A DNA stretch of 58,308 nucleotides from a virus (IMGVR_UViG_2778261696_000003), one strand, 5' to 3'. Positions 1 through 9,812 are shown, numbered from the stretch's first letter. The notes: generated by a model from the letters alone, not told the origin. Translations and numbers: made by a program.

Positions 1-49
1 TGAGACCATTAAAAGAGGCGTCAGAGGCAGAAAACGTTGCTTAACGTGA
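1..49 (+). CDS. tnpA: Tn3-family transposase, 3' end (partial; gene continues left of window, stop codon inside the terminal repeat)
   Basis: Open frame from window edge to TGA at 47-49, ending inside the 38-bp Tn3-type IR; Tn3-family tnpA genes typically terminate within the IR. No homology search possible. Confidence 0.4.
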   Translation, partial: ETIKRGVRGRKRCLT

Positions 50-77
50 GTTTTCGTTCCACTGAGCGTCAGACCCC
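40..77. mobile_element. Tn3-family 38-bp terminal inverted repeat (outer GGGG end at 77; transposon body lies left of window)
   Basis: Reverse complement of 40-77 is GGGGTCTGACGCTCAGTGGAACGAAAACTCACGTTAAG, the canonical Tn3/Tn2 terminal IR as I recall it; flanking bases differ from the bla-proximal end, so this is taken as the tnpA-proximal end. Confidence 0.8.
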
Positions 78-217
78 AAGTAAGAGCAAAATACCCCTGG
101 CTGGTCCCTGTTCATGCCGATGGTGTGGTTGGAGGCAAGAAAGAATTCACCTTGCTGAACAAGTCAGAGATGGAGTTACTGGCTGACGCCTATGAGATGG
201 CAAACATCATGCACTAA
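78..217 (+). pseudogene. Possible 3' remnant of a gene interrupted by the transposon (frame ends ...EFTLLNKSEMELLADAYEMANIMH*)
   Basis: Open frame without plausible start, abutting the IR and ending at TAA 215-217; identity unknown. Confidence 0.25.
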
Positions 218-406
218 TAAATATATTATTTTTAATGATAAATGATTGACAACTGACAAGTGACTTCAGTCAGAATCATCACATGCCCGGTACGGATGGA
301 TCCCTTTTCAAATATTCCATGGACGGCACAGTCTGAGTACCGGGCGCTACCTTCAGTTGTATTGCTAAGCCGCCGCTGGTGGCTTTTCTTTTTTGTAGGG
401 GGCGCT

Positions 407-1048
407 ATGGATAAGAAAATATGCGTTGTTTCGATGAGCGTCGGCAAACCGGCGTCAATGACTGCTGCATGGATCAATAACGAGCTGATAATGGCTGAGC
501 GGACCAGCTACCCTGAACGCCGCCGCGATATGGAACTCCAGCTGCTGCGCGAATTGCGAGAAAAAGAGGAAAAGGGTTTTATCGTGCTGGTGGAAGAGGA
601 AAACAGCTTTATTACTGGTCGAGTTGGCCAGCGTGTAAGGTTGCGCGATCCCTTCATGAACGGCAGGCCGGTACTAATTGAGGCAATGCAGATTTATAAG
701 GAGCTGGAACGCCAGAAAGCAATCAAGTTACCGCGCAAGGAATCCGGCAAATACATTCTCCACCAAAGCATCTTCGATTCCGAACACGATAAAAAAGGCG
801 ATGAATTTTTCAACATCAACTGGAGCGAAATAACGACAGAGCATGTTCTGACGTTACTATGTTGCTTTGCGACGGAATACAACAACGTTGCCAGCGCCGA
901 CTACATCAGGGCAATGGCTGGAGAAGTTGAGGCCCGCCAAGAACCATCGTTACTAAGTCCACTGATTAACATAATTCTGGGCACCCAGATACTGGAACAA
1001 AAAAAAGTGCCGAAAGGGGTATTAACAGGCAAGCATAATTATTTTTAA
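407..1048 (+). CDS. Hypothetical protein, 213 aa (accessory locus, upstream of the toxSAS gene)
   Basis: ORF track 260..1048; ATG at 407 preceded by AGGGGG Shine-Dalgarno-like sequence; co-oriented with and 93 bp upstream of the RelA/SpoT-domain gene; no recognisable motifs. Confidence 0.55.
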   Translation: MDKKICVVSMSVGKPASMTAAWINNELIMAERTSYPERRRDMELQLLRELREKEEKGFIVLVEEENSFITGRVGQRVRLRDPFMNGRPVLIEAMQIYKELERQKAIKLPRKESGKYILHQSIFDSEHDKKGDEFFNINWSEITTEHVLTLLCCFATEYNNVASADYIRAMAGEVEARQEPSLLSPLINIILGTQILEQKKVPKGVLTGKHNYF

Positions 1049-1141
1049 CAATTACATACAGTAATTTTGTGGTTACATTCTCCATTGATTTTCTAACCGC
1101 TTTATCATTAGATGTAACAGCATGTAAATCATTTAAAATGG

Positions 1142-2278
1142 ATGAAAGCAATGGGGAATGAAGTTTATCAAAGTCAAAAATGCAAGTTGAAATATTCAAA
1201 ATCTCAAATTGATAGGGCTGCTCAATTGATAAGGCACGGGTGTAGTGACGAAGAAAGGCAGCAATCTATTGAAATGATACAAAATTTCCGTGAGCTGCAT
1301 CTTTATCCATTAATGCTCATGAAAAATCATTTAGCAAGAGCAGCTGCTAAGGTTGACAAGGACAAAAAGATTCTCGTTGCAAGAAGACTTAAGCGACTTT
1401 CTACCATAATAGATAAACTAGAGCGTCCTAGTCTTGATGGAGGCAGAACTAGCAATGCAATTAAATTAACACGGATGCAGGACGTTGGCGGATGTAGGGC
1501 CATTGTCAGAAACTTAGACCAGTTGATACAGCTAAAGGAACGTCTTTTAAAAAGCAAATCTGTTCATAGGATTGTTAAAGAGTATGATTATCTTACTCCC
1601 AAAGACAGCGGCTATAGTGGAATCCACCTTGCATACAGTTGCTTCGATCAGAAAGAGGATCAATATCCGTGGCGAAAAACAAAGATTGAGATACAGTTAA
1701 GAACTCAATTGCAGCATGCTTGGGCTACCAGCCTTGAAATAATTGATACCCTTGAAGGTATCAAGCTGAAAACTTCAAGTGAAGGGCATCCAGAATGGAG
1801 ACGATTTTTCTATCTAGCCGGATGTCTTGTAGCGCACGACGAAAAAGCCTGCACTCTTGATGAGCTAGTTGTATCTCAGTATGAAGGCGAGCTTAAAGAG
1901 CTGGAACGGACTTTATCTGTACGGAGGAAACTAAGCACATACACCATCGCCTTAAATTTAACTTCTGACGCGAATTTGATTAAGAAGTTGCCAAAAAATC
2001 ATAAGGGGCATTACTTAGTAACAATGAGAAATGCAGAAAACAAGCCCAATACAAAAAACAAAAAAATGTTCCTAGTGTCTGTTCGCGCATTTAAAACAAA
2101 AGAAGCAGATGAAGCCCTTGAGGCCTTAAATAAAGACGATTCTAATCCTAATGTATTGATATCTGTTCTCGTTGCTACAGATAACATTAAGTCACTAAAA
2201 AAAGCCTACCCCAACTATTTTGGCTCAACAAACCAGTTTACAAAATTCTTAGATAAGCATCTTCGTAACGAAGGATAG
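1142..2278 (+). CDS. Fused toxSAS-type toxin-antitoxin (CapRel-like): N-terminal RelA/SpoT nucleotide pyrophosphokinase domain plus C-terminal extension
   Basis: 378 aa; RSH synthetase motifs visible: RRLKRLSTIIDKL...MQDVGGCRAIV and GYSGIHLAYS...KIEIQLRTQLQHAWATSLE; about 100-aa C-terminal extension; lies where P1 carries res/mod (recalled map). Confidence 0.75.
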   Translation: MKAMGNEVYQSQKCKLKYSKSQIDRAAQLIRHGCSDEERQQSIEMIQNFRELHLYPLMLMKNHLARAAAKVDKDKKILVARRLKRLSTIIDKLERPSLDGGRTSNAIKLTRMQDVGGCRAIVRNLDQLIQLKERLLKSKSVHRIVKEYDYLTPKDSGYSGIHLAYSCFDQKEDQYPWRKTKIEIQLRTQLQHAWATSLEIIDTLEGIKLKTSSEGHPEWRRFFYLAGCLVAHDEKACTLDELVVSQYEGELKELERTLSVRRKLSTYTIALNLTSDANLIKKLPKNHKGHYLVTMRNAENKPNTKNKKMFLVSVRAFKTKEADEALEALNKDDSNPNVLISVLVATDNIKSLKKAYPNYFGSTNQFTKFLDKHLRNEG

Positions 2279-2286
2279 TTGCTTAA

Positions 2287-2311
2287 TTTTGCCCGGTAAT
2301 TCCGGGCAAAA
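2287..2311. terminator. Perfect inverted repeat hairpin (TTTTGCCCGG-TAATT-CCGGGCAAAA) between convergent genes
   Basis: 10-bp arms read directly from sequence; no U-tract after the stem on either strand, so it may be a binding site rather than an intrinsic terminator. Confidence 0.3.
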
Positions 2312-2314
2312 TTG

Positions 2315-2563
2315 TCAATCTGCATTCAGGAGCAATGCGTTATCTATGATGATCTGCTCCCATTCTTCGAATGCCCGATCGCGGACGCCCTGGGGAACAC
2401 TGTTAGTTTTGAAATCGACCACCGTCCGCCATTTTCCGTCAGGACGGTACATGCGCAGAGCTTTACTTCCCCCTTCCCTGCGCACCTCAACGTTATGCTT
2501 ATCAGCAAACTCTTGTAATGCTCGTAGCGTCCCATGCTTTACTGTGTAGTATCGCTTTTTCAA
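2315..2563 (-). CDS. lxc: Lxc-like small protein (C1 co-repressor/Bof), 82 aa
   Basis: Position downstream of ulx-like and darB on the same strand as in P1; size matches recalled P1 Lxc. Synteny only. Confidence 0.45.
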   Translation of the reverse strand: MKKRYYTVKHGTLRALQEFADKHNVEVRREGGSKALRMYRPDGKWRTVVDFKTNSVPQGVRDRAFEEWEQIIIDNALLLNAD

Positions 2564-3000
2564 GTTTTCTCTCCAGCCTGTGCTAAGGCTTCAACTTCCA
2601 AATCGTAAGACTCAAACTCATAGTCCTGGTCGTCAACCTCTTCAGGCACTGGCAGTAAATGCCAGGCTGAGTATATCTGACCATTATCAAAACGCTCCTG
2701 GCTGTAGAGCGTCGCGGCTATGAGTGTTAGCGCCGGGCGGTCATAACGGTAAATTTTGCGAACGTCACGGTCAACGAGACGACCGAAATTACCATAACCG
2801 CGCTCCAGTAATAATTTTTTAATTTCCGGCCAGTATGGACCATAGCTGCGGTACAGGCGGGGATTTTTCAGTAATCGCCCGCGTAGCCCTGACAGGAAGA
2901 AATCAACGTATTCGTCTTCTGTCTTTCCTAACAACGCTGTACGGAGTACCGCCTCAAGATATGTTTTATTCGGTTTTATTGTATCAGATAGTGTGGCCAT
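2560..3000 (-). CDS. ulx: Ulx-like protein, 146 aa
   Basis: Immediately downstream of darB, 4-bp overlap with next gene; synteny with P1 darB operon. Confidence 0.45.
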   Translation of the reverse strand: MATLSDTIKPNKTYLEAVLRTALLGKTEDEYVDFFLSGLRGRLLKNPRLYRSYGPYWPEIKKLLLERGYGNFGRLVDRDVRKIYRYDRPALTLIAATLYSQERFDNGQIYSAWHLLPVPEEVDDQDYEFESYDLEVEALAQAGEKT

Positions 3001-3033
3001 ATTATGCGACGCCCGGCGAACCGGGCGCTCCTG

Positions 3034-6000
3034 TTATGCGTATTGTTGGATGACGGCCAGAACGTCCGCCACGTTGTGTTTTGTCTCGATAATCCACCAG
3101 TTACCCGGGAAATCGCTGTTCTTCGCCTTCGCTGGCAGCCAGCGAGCGCCGAATTTCGCCTTGATTGCGTCTTTCGCACGGAAAAGAACGCCTTTCATGC
3201 CTGAGGCTTCCTGAAGCCCAAATACCTCGCCAGCGGCGAATTTTGGTGCGTACATCATCTTCAGGTCGGCGGTGGATACGCGATAATTCAGACCAAGAGA
3301 CTGAGCTATGCTGGTGGCATCACCCTGTATTGATGATAACTCTTCTTGTTTCTCGTTTCTGGCGGCAATTTCTTCCTCCGTGATGTTGCCAAGGGCCAGG
3401 TTTATCCGATCAGCGTCTGCCTGTTTCTCTTCATCGGTGCGCCCGGCAAGTACCGTGTTAATTCTGTGCAATATCTCCACATGATTCTTGCGCATGCTGA
3501 GCAATTCCGGCGTAACCTCGTTAAGGTCCACCAGCCCAAGGATGGCAAGGTCGGTAAACATTGATACCAGGTTGTAGGTCATGCGATAGCTGAGTTGCCC
3601 ATAGGCTGATGGCAACTGCACCGCATCCATTTTATAGGCATCCATAAATTTAGAGCCGTCGTTTACGACATCCGCAATTGCCGGTGTGATTTTTCCTGTG
3701 GTGGCGGCCTCCCTGATTGCTGTTACCCACGATTGAGTCAGCGCGGCGACTGCATGATTCAGATTGACTTTCCGTTCTGCTGCAATGCGCGCGCTTGCTG
3801 CGTCCATTGCCTGCTTGATCTCGTCTTTATTGCTGTAAATGCCAATGGTGCCAAACTGTGCTGTGGTGATCTCATAATCTGACGCCCGGAACTCATTGGT
3901 ACCGAAAATGGCATTGGTGACTTCAAGTTCAGAATCCCCGTTACGAGTAGCCCCCTGGCTTGTTTTCTCCGGCATTCTGGCGATCGCATCCGCTATTTTC
4001 TCCTGAATTGCTTCAGGGGATAGCGTATCTCCGTATGACGCGATTACATCGCCATAATTGGAGCCAAACAGTTCAACCAGGAATGCTTCTGCCGAACGGA
4101 TCTGGCGGTTATTCCCTTCCGACATCATACCAAGCACCCATTTTGCAATTGACGACTTCAGCGCGCCGTCACGGCGATCCGGGTAAACCGCATGCTTCAG
4201 TGGGTCCGTATAGGTACCAACAAAATCAATGCTATAGCCTGACTCTGTAGTCTGAACGCCGTATGAGTCAGTGATTTTGATCATGCCGCGCTGCTGGAAA
4301 CGGTAGAAATCGTCACAGGAAACGATGTCGTTAATCCCGGCGATGGAGACGCCACCACTGATTTTCTGCATAACAGCATCTTCATCGGGAGTTACATCAA
4401 CCTGTTTATCCAGCGTCTTCACATCCCAGTTACCAGATTTGGTGCCTTTGAAGGTGAAGATGATCTCCACGTCTGCGCGCTGGCTGTCGAAGTCCAGCGA
4501 CTTAATGCGAACGATATCACCGGCACAATCGTAGTATTGGCCTACACGCCATGAGCGATCGCCGATAACAAGGAACTCACTCGCATGGTTAACCAGGTCA
4601 GGATCAACATCCAGAATGCCTTTATTTAATGCATCCTCCACCAGCGGGCGCAGGCGTTTGATATCCGTCGCGGCCTTCTGAGTACGGTTCAATAATTTCT
4701 CATAGCGGGAGATTGCTTGAGAGATATTAGCCTTGCGCTGAATGGCGCTTTTCAACGACGCGCGATACTGTGCTAACAACATACGGTCTGTGTGATGGAC
4801 ACTCCCCCAGCGTGCCTTCCAGTCTGCGTTATCCGCTGCCTTGGCCATTGCCGCCTGTTTGAATTTAGCTACCTCGGCGGTGGTCTTTTCAAGTTCCGCT
4901 TTGCTTCGCTCTAATTCAGCGGTAAGCACCTCCACATCCTCACCAGCTGCGTGCTGCGCCTTGATGTAGTTCTGAAGGTCGATAGTAGCCTGTTCTTTCT
5001 GGCGAGCGCGTTGCGCAGCTTTCGCCTTATCCATTTGAACCTGCATCATTGCCAGACGTTCGCCATCATCCTTAGCGGTATACATCTGCATTTCGATCAT
5101 ATCGTTGGCGTCGGCGTTCTCCATTTCTGACTTATCTGAACGGAGGATATCGGAGATCCAGCCTGCTTTACGCTTCAGCGTCTTCAGTCGGTATTCATCG
5201 AAAGAACCCTTGCCGCAGTAGTAGTGAACGCGAACGCTTGCACGGTTGGAGCCAACTCGGGCACCGCGACCGTTTCGTTGCGCAATACTGGCTGGAGTCC
5301 ATGGCAACGTCAGATGATGGATGTCAGTCGTTCCTCGATGCAGGTTGATACCCACCTCTGCCTTTTTGTTGCAGATGATGATCGGAGTCCGGCCCTCCTG
5401 GAAGTCGGCTGCAATCTTTTCCAGACCGCCCAACAACATTTCATTTTGCTGCGCGATATAGGCGTCATACAGAGCCATTTGCTCGTTGTATTTCGCTATC
5501 TGTGCATCTGTTGGTTCATCCGGTAACTCTTTCGGCGGTTTAACCGCTTTCAGTTTCTTACCGGTTTTACCTGCCTCGGCAACCGTCTGAGCATTCAGGA
5601 TCCCCACCTTTGAAGGTTCAAGGTTTAGAGCATTGCAGATAATGCGCTTGAGCTTCTGGTGCTGCGTTTTTTCATCGGTGAAGATGATTTGCTTACCTTC
5701 CGGGAAAAACTCCTTCAGCGTGGCGATCAGCTTCGCGTATTTCGGCGTAACGGGGTGAGTTACGGTCTGTTCGTCAATGCCAAACCTGGCCAGGCGCTTA
5801 TTCACTTCCTGCTCGAACGCTTCCGGAACCTGCAACTGAATAAACTCGCCCTTATCTATCAGGGAGTATTGCGATTGCTGCGTGATTGAATCATCACTGT
5901 CGTCGTCTTCGCTGGTGGCTTGTTTAGGCAAACTGTCCGCCAGCTGCTGCACCGCATCGGCGTACTCCGGCAGGAAACGATAGGTGATCCGGCGATAGTA

Positions 6001-9000
6001 CAGGTCCATGTCAGTACATACGCGGTCCATATCCCTGATTATTGAGAAGGTCGGACGGGCTTTCTCGTGCTCAATCACGCCGTCTTCATTGACCGAGGTC
6101 GTTACGCCATTGTTGGCTTTGGCCGCCGCTTCCGCCTGCTGACGCAATTCTTCATACGCCGCCAGTTGTTCTTCAGTAAGTGGTGCATCCTGCTGGTGTT
6201 CGTCCAGCTCCGGGATCTCCACGGTATCCTTAACGTCTTCCGCCGTTTTAAGCGTTACCCAGCGATGGAATATACCGCGCAGCGCATCAAGGTTTTCAAA
6301 GCCCACCAGCGCCATTTTTTCTTCAACTTCACCGCTGATTTTCTGTACCGTTTCCAGCCTGGTCTTGCCGAAGAATTTAACGAAGTCATCAGGACCGTAG
6401 ATCCCCATCTTCTGCCAGTATTCCTTCGGCAGAACATGAGAAAGCATGTTGTATGCATCGATCGGGGTGTTAACGACTGGCGTTGCAGTCAGGAGAACCG
6501 GCCCGCGCCCGCCATTCTTTTTCATCAGGTACGCGTTTTTAATTGCCATATCCCGCGCCGATTGCGCCACCGCGCTGGTGGGCAGATAGGCCAGTTGTGA
6601 CGCTTCGCGACCATTTTTATAGCTATTGCGGTAGTTGTGGCCTTCGTCAGCAATCACGCTGTCGAAGCCCATATCCTCAAAGTACGGATACTTCTCTGCT
6701 TTTTCGGTACCGGTATCTGAATACTCCGACAATACCCGGCGACGCGCCGCCTCTTTGCGGTGGGAGTCGGAGTCCATTGCGCTGGCTACGCGCCCGGCGG
6801 CAACGAAGTCATAAAGCATGTCTTGTGCATGCTCATCTACGGTGTCATCACGTAGCGGAATGCGGGCGTATTGTTCTTTGGTAAACACGACTGCACGGTA
6901 ATTTGAGTGCGGGATCGCGTTCATCCGCGCCGTGATAGTGGCTTCATCTGCCAGCTTAAGAGCATCGCGCATAACTGGAGTGCCATCAGTACCAAGAACA
7001 GGTTTACCGTTCTCATTGAGCACCGGCACCTGGCGAATCTGATCGCCATCCATCAGCACATCAAGACCGACGAACAGGTAGTTACTGAATGCCTCTTCAC
7101 TCAGGAACTCTTTTGCTTCGTAATACCAGTTTTCCAGCACTGATTTAGGCACTACATACGCAGTACGGGTGGAGCGACCGTTCTCATAGTTGAACGCCTC
7201 AAGCGCCAGCGCGGTCGTCGTTTTACCCAGCCCGGTGCCGAAGCCCAGGATGCCGCGCCCATCTTCGGACAGTCGTCTCACCTCGCTATTCTGGTAATCA
7301 AATGGCTGGCGCTTACCGCTTAATCCCTTCAACCCAAGCGGATCGCCAGAGTGTTCATACGGGATATTGCTATTGAACACATCGTTGTATTTGGCAACCA
7401 GCTCATCGTAGCGATCGTGCGTCTTGATCCACTTATTGAACTGGTCCTCAAGCAGTGCCATCTGCTCGCGGTAGCCGTTCGCCGTCGCGCTATCTTTGCC
7501 ACCGATACGCGCACCATTGAGATACTTTTCCAGCTGTGCCGGGAACCCGGTCGCGTTTTCACCTGATTTACGGTCCCACTCGTAGCGGATCTCGCCTGTT
7601 TCTTTATCCTTGCGCTGGACGACACCGTATCGGTGCCCGACGAACAGACCATCACCACCGTGATAGGTGTCAGAAACCATTTCGTCGCCTTCCAGCTGCA
7701 CTGACTGCACATAGCGAAGATCCGGATAGCCGTTTTCCTGCAAAAATTCCAGAATGACGGAACGGTCGAACCAACGGCTATTGAGCTTAAAGCGGATATT
7801 CTCTGCTGGCGTCTTGATGCGCTTCTCTTCGATCGCTGCCAGCTGATTAAGGACGTTGTTCTTTACTGGACCGTCGGGGAGTGTGGCAAGGAATTCCTGT
7901 TTTGGTGCCACTATCTCGTTAATGTCGCCGCTGGTGGCGCGGGCGAACGGAACAATCCCGCCATACGGTGAAACCGCAATGCCAGGGGTGCTGGCCAATA
8001 AATTAAGCAACTCGTCATCACTGGCTGGCAGTTCGCCGGTAAACGCAAGGCGGAAATCATCGAGCTGGATTGGATCGCGAGTGAGATCACTGTAGAGATA
8101 ACGCAGGGTGTCCTGATAGCTGGTAGAGTCATAACTGGCGCTGGAATCATGCGTAACCAGTTTTCCTGTCAGCTCGTCAGAAATAGTGCCATCCAGCTTA
8201 ATTGCACCACGGAAAGCAAACCAGGCGCGCGCACTGCTCCCCGATAATTTCGCTATCGGACCGCGACCGGGGTTACCAAAACGGTCAATCTCTGCCTGCA
8301 AACGGGATACCAGAGAAAGGCGCTGCTGTTCGATTTGTTCAGCACTATGCCCGGCGGCCTTCATGTCCTGATATTCAATTAACATCCGGCCAATCATCGC
8401 CCCGCGATACAAGCGTTCACGGTATTTTTCAGGCTGGCTGTTAATCCAGTCCACCAGCTGCACCATATCGTCGCTGATTGATGTGGTGTACTTATCGCGG
8501 ACATTTGCCATCTGGGTAAATGTCATGCCGAGACGGCCTTCTGTTGTAGTCAGGTTACGCTGAAGAGCCTCCCAGCTATCCGCGCCATAACTGGCAGCAT
8601 CGATCTTAAGTTCCTTCCCTGCATCAGCTTCAATCCAGCGACCACCAGCATATTTTTGCCATACGCCATTAATCAGGCGCATTTCCCCTTCACCAACAAC
8701 GTCTGCGGTCGGTGACGGTTCAGCCATATCGAGCAAAGACCAGTCGATACGGCTTTCGAAACGATGAATCAGCTTCGCTTTAAGAGCCTGGTTATCAATC
8801 TGACCGTCGGCACGAACCTCAATACGCCCCTGGAAGCCCTTTTCCTGGGTGCCATGAACAAACCGGCGGCCATCCTTTTCAAACCACTTGCCAGAAATAA
8901 ACGTTGACCAAAGCACATTTGCCGATTCGAGAGTGCTTTCATCCACCAGGGGGATTTTCTCAGCCATCTCTGCCGGATGTTTGCGCATCAGCACCACATC

Positions 9001-9801
9001 TACGACCGTACTGGTCCCGTTAGCGTCAAAAGTACCGGTAGGCAAGCGGTGGGCACCAAGAAATTCAGCTTTCCGTGATAGGCGCAGGCGTAACCGCTTC
9101 ATGTTTGAACCTGAAACAATGGACGGCGGCACAATCACGCACATGAATCCGCCTGGCTTTATCTTGTCCAGCATGCGGAGCATGAAGTAAGAACCCATGT
9201 CCGTTTCTTCTGCGTAAGGCTTATCGATGTTGCGTGTGTTATCACGACCACCGAACGGAACGTTACCCACAACATGGTCGAATGAATCGTTAGGCGTGCT
9301 TACAGCCAGTTGTTCGAACGGGGAAATCTGTACGCTGTCTTCCGGATGTAACAGCTGGTTTATACGACCGGAAACACTGCTGATCTCAGTCGCGGTCATC
9401 ACCGTACCAACCGGTTTTGTCTCATTAAAAACGCCGGTTCCCGCCGATGGTTCCAGAGTGTTACCTACGTCCGCGCCGTAGAGCTTCATGATCTCCCAGA
9501 CACCTTCAGCGATCGGCTTTGGTGTGTAATATTCGGAGACGGACCCGCCAATGCCGCCTTCGCCGGTGTACCCAGCCAGGATCTGGCGCTGTTCATCTGT
9601 CAGTGTCGCGCCGTCCACCAGCGAATTAAGCAAATCTATCGCCTTCTGATTCGCCTCCCGGCGTAGTCGGTCATAGCTTTTGCCTTCCACCTTTTCCACG
9701 CCGTATCTAATCGGCGCTCGGTGAGATGTTATTGCCCTAATGTATTTCAATATTTCGCTGACACTTGAACAGCGAAACACCCCTATAGATAGCTTGTTCA
9801 T
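3034..9801 (-). CDS. darB: DarB-like giant anti-restriction protein (N6-adenine methyltransferase plus helicase domains), 2255 aa
   Basis: 2255 aa as recalled for P1 DarB; methyltransferase motifs (EPSAGTG; VVGNVPFGG) and helicase motifs (GFGTGLGKTT Walker A; VIADEGHNYRN) read in translation; RBS AAGGA before ATG. Confidence 0.85.
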   Translation of the reverse strand: MNKLSIGVFRCSSVSEILKYIRAITSHRAPIRYGVEKVEGKSYDRLRREANQKAIDLLNSLVDGATLTDEQRQILAGYTGEGGIGGSVSEYYTPKPIAEGVWEIMKLYGADVGNTLEPSAGTGVFNETKPVGTVMTATEISSVSGRINQLLHPEDSVQISPFEQLAVSTPNDSFDHVVGNVPFGGRDNTRNIDKPYAEETDMGSYFMLRMLDKIKPGGFMCVIVPPSIVSGSNMKRLRLRLSRKAEFLGAHRLPTGTFDANGTSTVVDVVLMRKHPAEMAEKIPLVDESTLESANVLWSTFISGKWFEKDGRRFVHGTQEKGFQGRIEVRADGQIDNQALKAKLIHRFESRIDWSLLDMAEPSPTADVVGEGEMRLINGVWQKYAGGRWIEADAGKELKIDAASYGADSWEALQRNLTTTEGRLGMTFTQMANVRDKYTTSISDDMVQLVDWINSQPEKYRERLYRGAMIGRMLIEYQDMKAAGHSAEQIEQQRLSLVSRLQAEIDRFGNPGRGPIAKLSGSSARAWFAFRGAIKLDGTISDELTGKLVTHDSSASYDSTSYQDTLRYLYSDLTRDPIQLDDFRLAFTGELPASDDELLNLLASTPGIAVSPYGGIVPFARATSGDINEIVAPKQEFLATLPDGPVKNNVLNQLAAIEEKRIKTPAENIRFKLNSRWFDRSVILEFLQENGYPDLRYVQSVQLEGDEMVSDTYHGGDGLFVGHRYGVVQRKDKETGEIRYEWDRKSGENATGFPAQLEKYLNGARIGGKDSATANGYREQMALLEDQFNKWIKTHDRYDELVAKYNDVFNSNIPYEHSGDPLGLKGLSGKRQPFDYQNSEVRRLSEDGRGILGFGTGLGKTTTALALEAFNYENGRSTRTAYVVPKSVLENWYYEAKEFLSEEAFSNYLFVGLDVLMDGDQIRQVPVLNENGKPVLGTDGTPVMRDALKLADEATITARMNAIPHSNYRAVVFTKEQYARIPLRDDTVDEHAQDMLYDFVAAGRVASAMDSDSHRKEAARRRVLSEYSDTGTEKAEKYPYFEDMGFDSVIADEGHNYRNSYKNGREASQLAYLPTSAVAQSARDMAIKNAYLMKKNGGRGPVLLTATPVVNTPIDAYNMLSHVLPKEYWQKMGIYGPDDFVKFFGKTRLETVQKISGEVEEKMALVGFENLDALRGIFHRWVTLKTAEDVKDTVEIPELDEHQQDAPLTEEQLAAYEELRQQAEAAAKANNGVTTSVNEDGVIEHEKARPTFSIIRDMDRVCTDMDLYYRRITYRFLPEYADAVQQLADSLPKQATSEDDDSDDSITQQSQYSLIDKGEFIQLQVPEAFEQEVNKRLARFGIDEQTVTHPVTPKYAKLIATLKEFFPEGKQIIFTDEKTQHQKLKRIICNALNLEPSKVGILNAQTVAEAGKTGKKLKAVKPPKELPDEPTDAQIAKYNEQMALYDAYIAQQNEMLLGGLEKIAADFQEGRTPIIICNKKAEVGINLHRGTTDIHHLTLPWTPASIAQRNGRGARVGSNRASVRVHYYCGKGSFDEYRLKTLKRKAGWISDILRSDKSEMENADANDMIEMQMYTAKDDGERLAMMQVQMDKAKAAQRARQKEQATIDLQNYIKAQHAAGEDVEVLTAELERSKAELEKTTAEVAKFKQAAMAKAADNADWKARWGSVHHTDRMLLAQYRASLKSAIQRKANISQAISRYEKLLNRTQKAATDIKRLRPLVEDALNKGILDVDPDLVNHASEFLVIGDRSWRVGQYYDCAGDIVRIKSLDFDSQRADVEIIFTFKGTKSGNWDVKTLDKQVDVTPDEDAVMQKISGGVSIAGINDIVSCDDFYRFQQRGMIKITDSYGVQTTESGYSIDFVGTYTDPLKHAVYPDRRDGALKSSIAKWVLGMMSEGNNRQIRSAEAFLVELFGSNYGDVIASYGDTLSPEAIQEKIADAIARMPEKTSQGATRNGDSELEVTNAIFGTNEFRASDYEITTAQFGTIGIYSNKDEIKQAMDAASARIAAERKVNLNHAVAALTQSWVTAIREAATTGKITPAIADVVNDGSKFMDAYKMDAVQLPSAYGQLSYRMTYNLVSMFTDLAILGLVDLNEVTPELLSMRKNHVEILHRINTVLAGRTDEEKQADADRINLALGNITEEEIAARNEKQEELSSIQGDATSIAQSLGLNYRVSTADLKMMYAPKFAAGEVFGLQEASGMKGVLFRAKDAIKAKFGARWLPAKAKNSDFPGNWWIIETKHNVADVLAVIQQYA

Positions 9802-9812
9802 TGGTAATCCTT

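Noticed and set aside
40-77. Similarity to the segment flanking the pMB1/ColE1 origin in cloning vectors
   Set aside because: That vector segment is itself the Tn3 terminal inverted repeat; there is no adjacent origin sequence here, so it is called a transposon end rather than a ColE1 replicon or vector contamination.
260-406. N-terminal 49-codon extension of the 213-aa ORF in the ORF track
   Set aside because: No RBS at 260; a strong AGGGGG RBS precedes the ATG at 407, so the shorter gene is preferred.
3004-9481. Many plus-strand ORFs of 60-180 aa inside the darB region (for example 5224..5526, 6067..6600, 6543..6884)
   Set aside because: They lie antisense to a continuous 2255-codon gene with clear enzyme motifs; treated as shadow ORFs.
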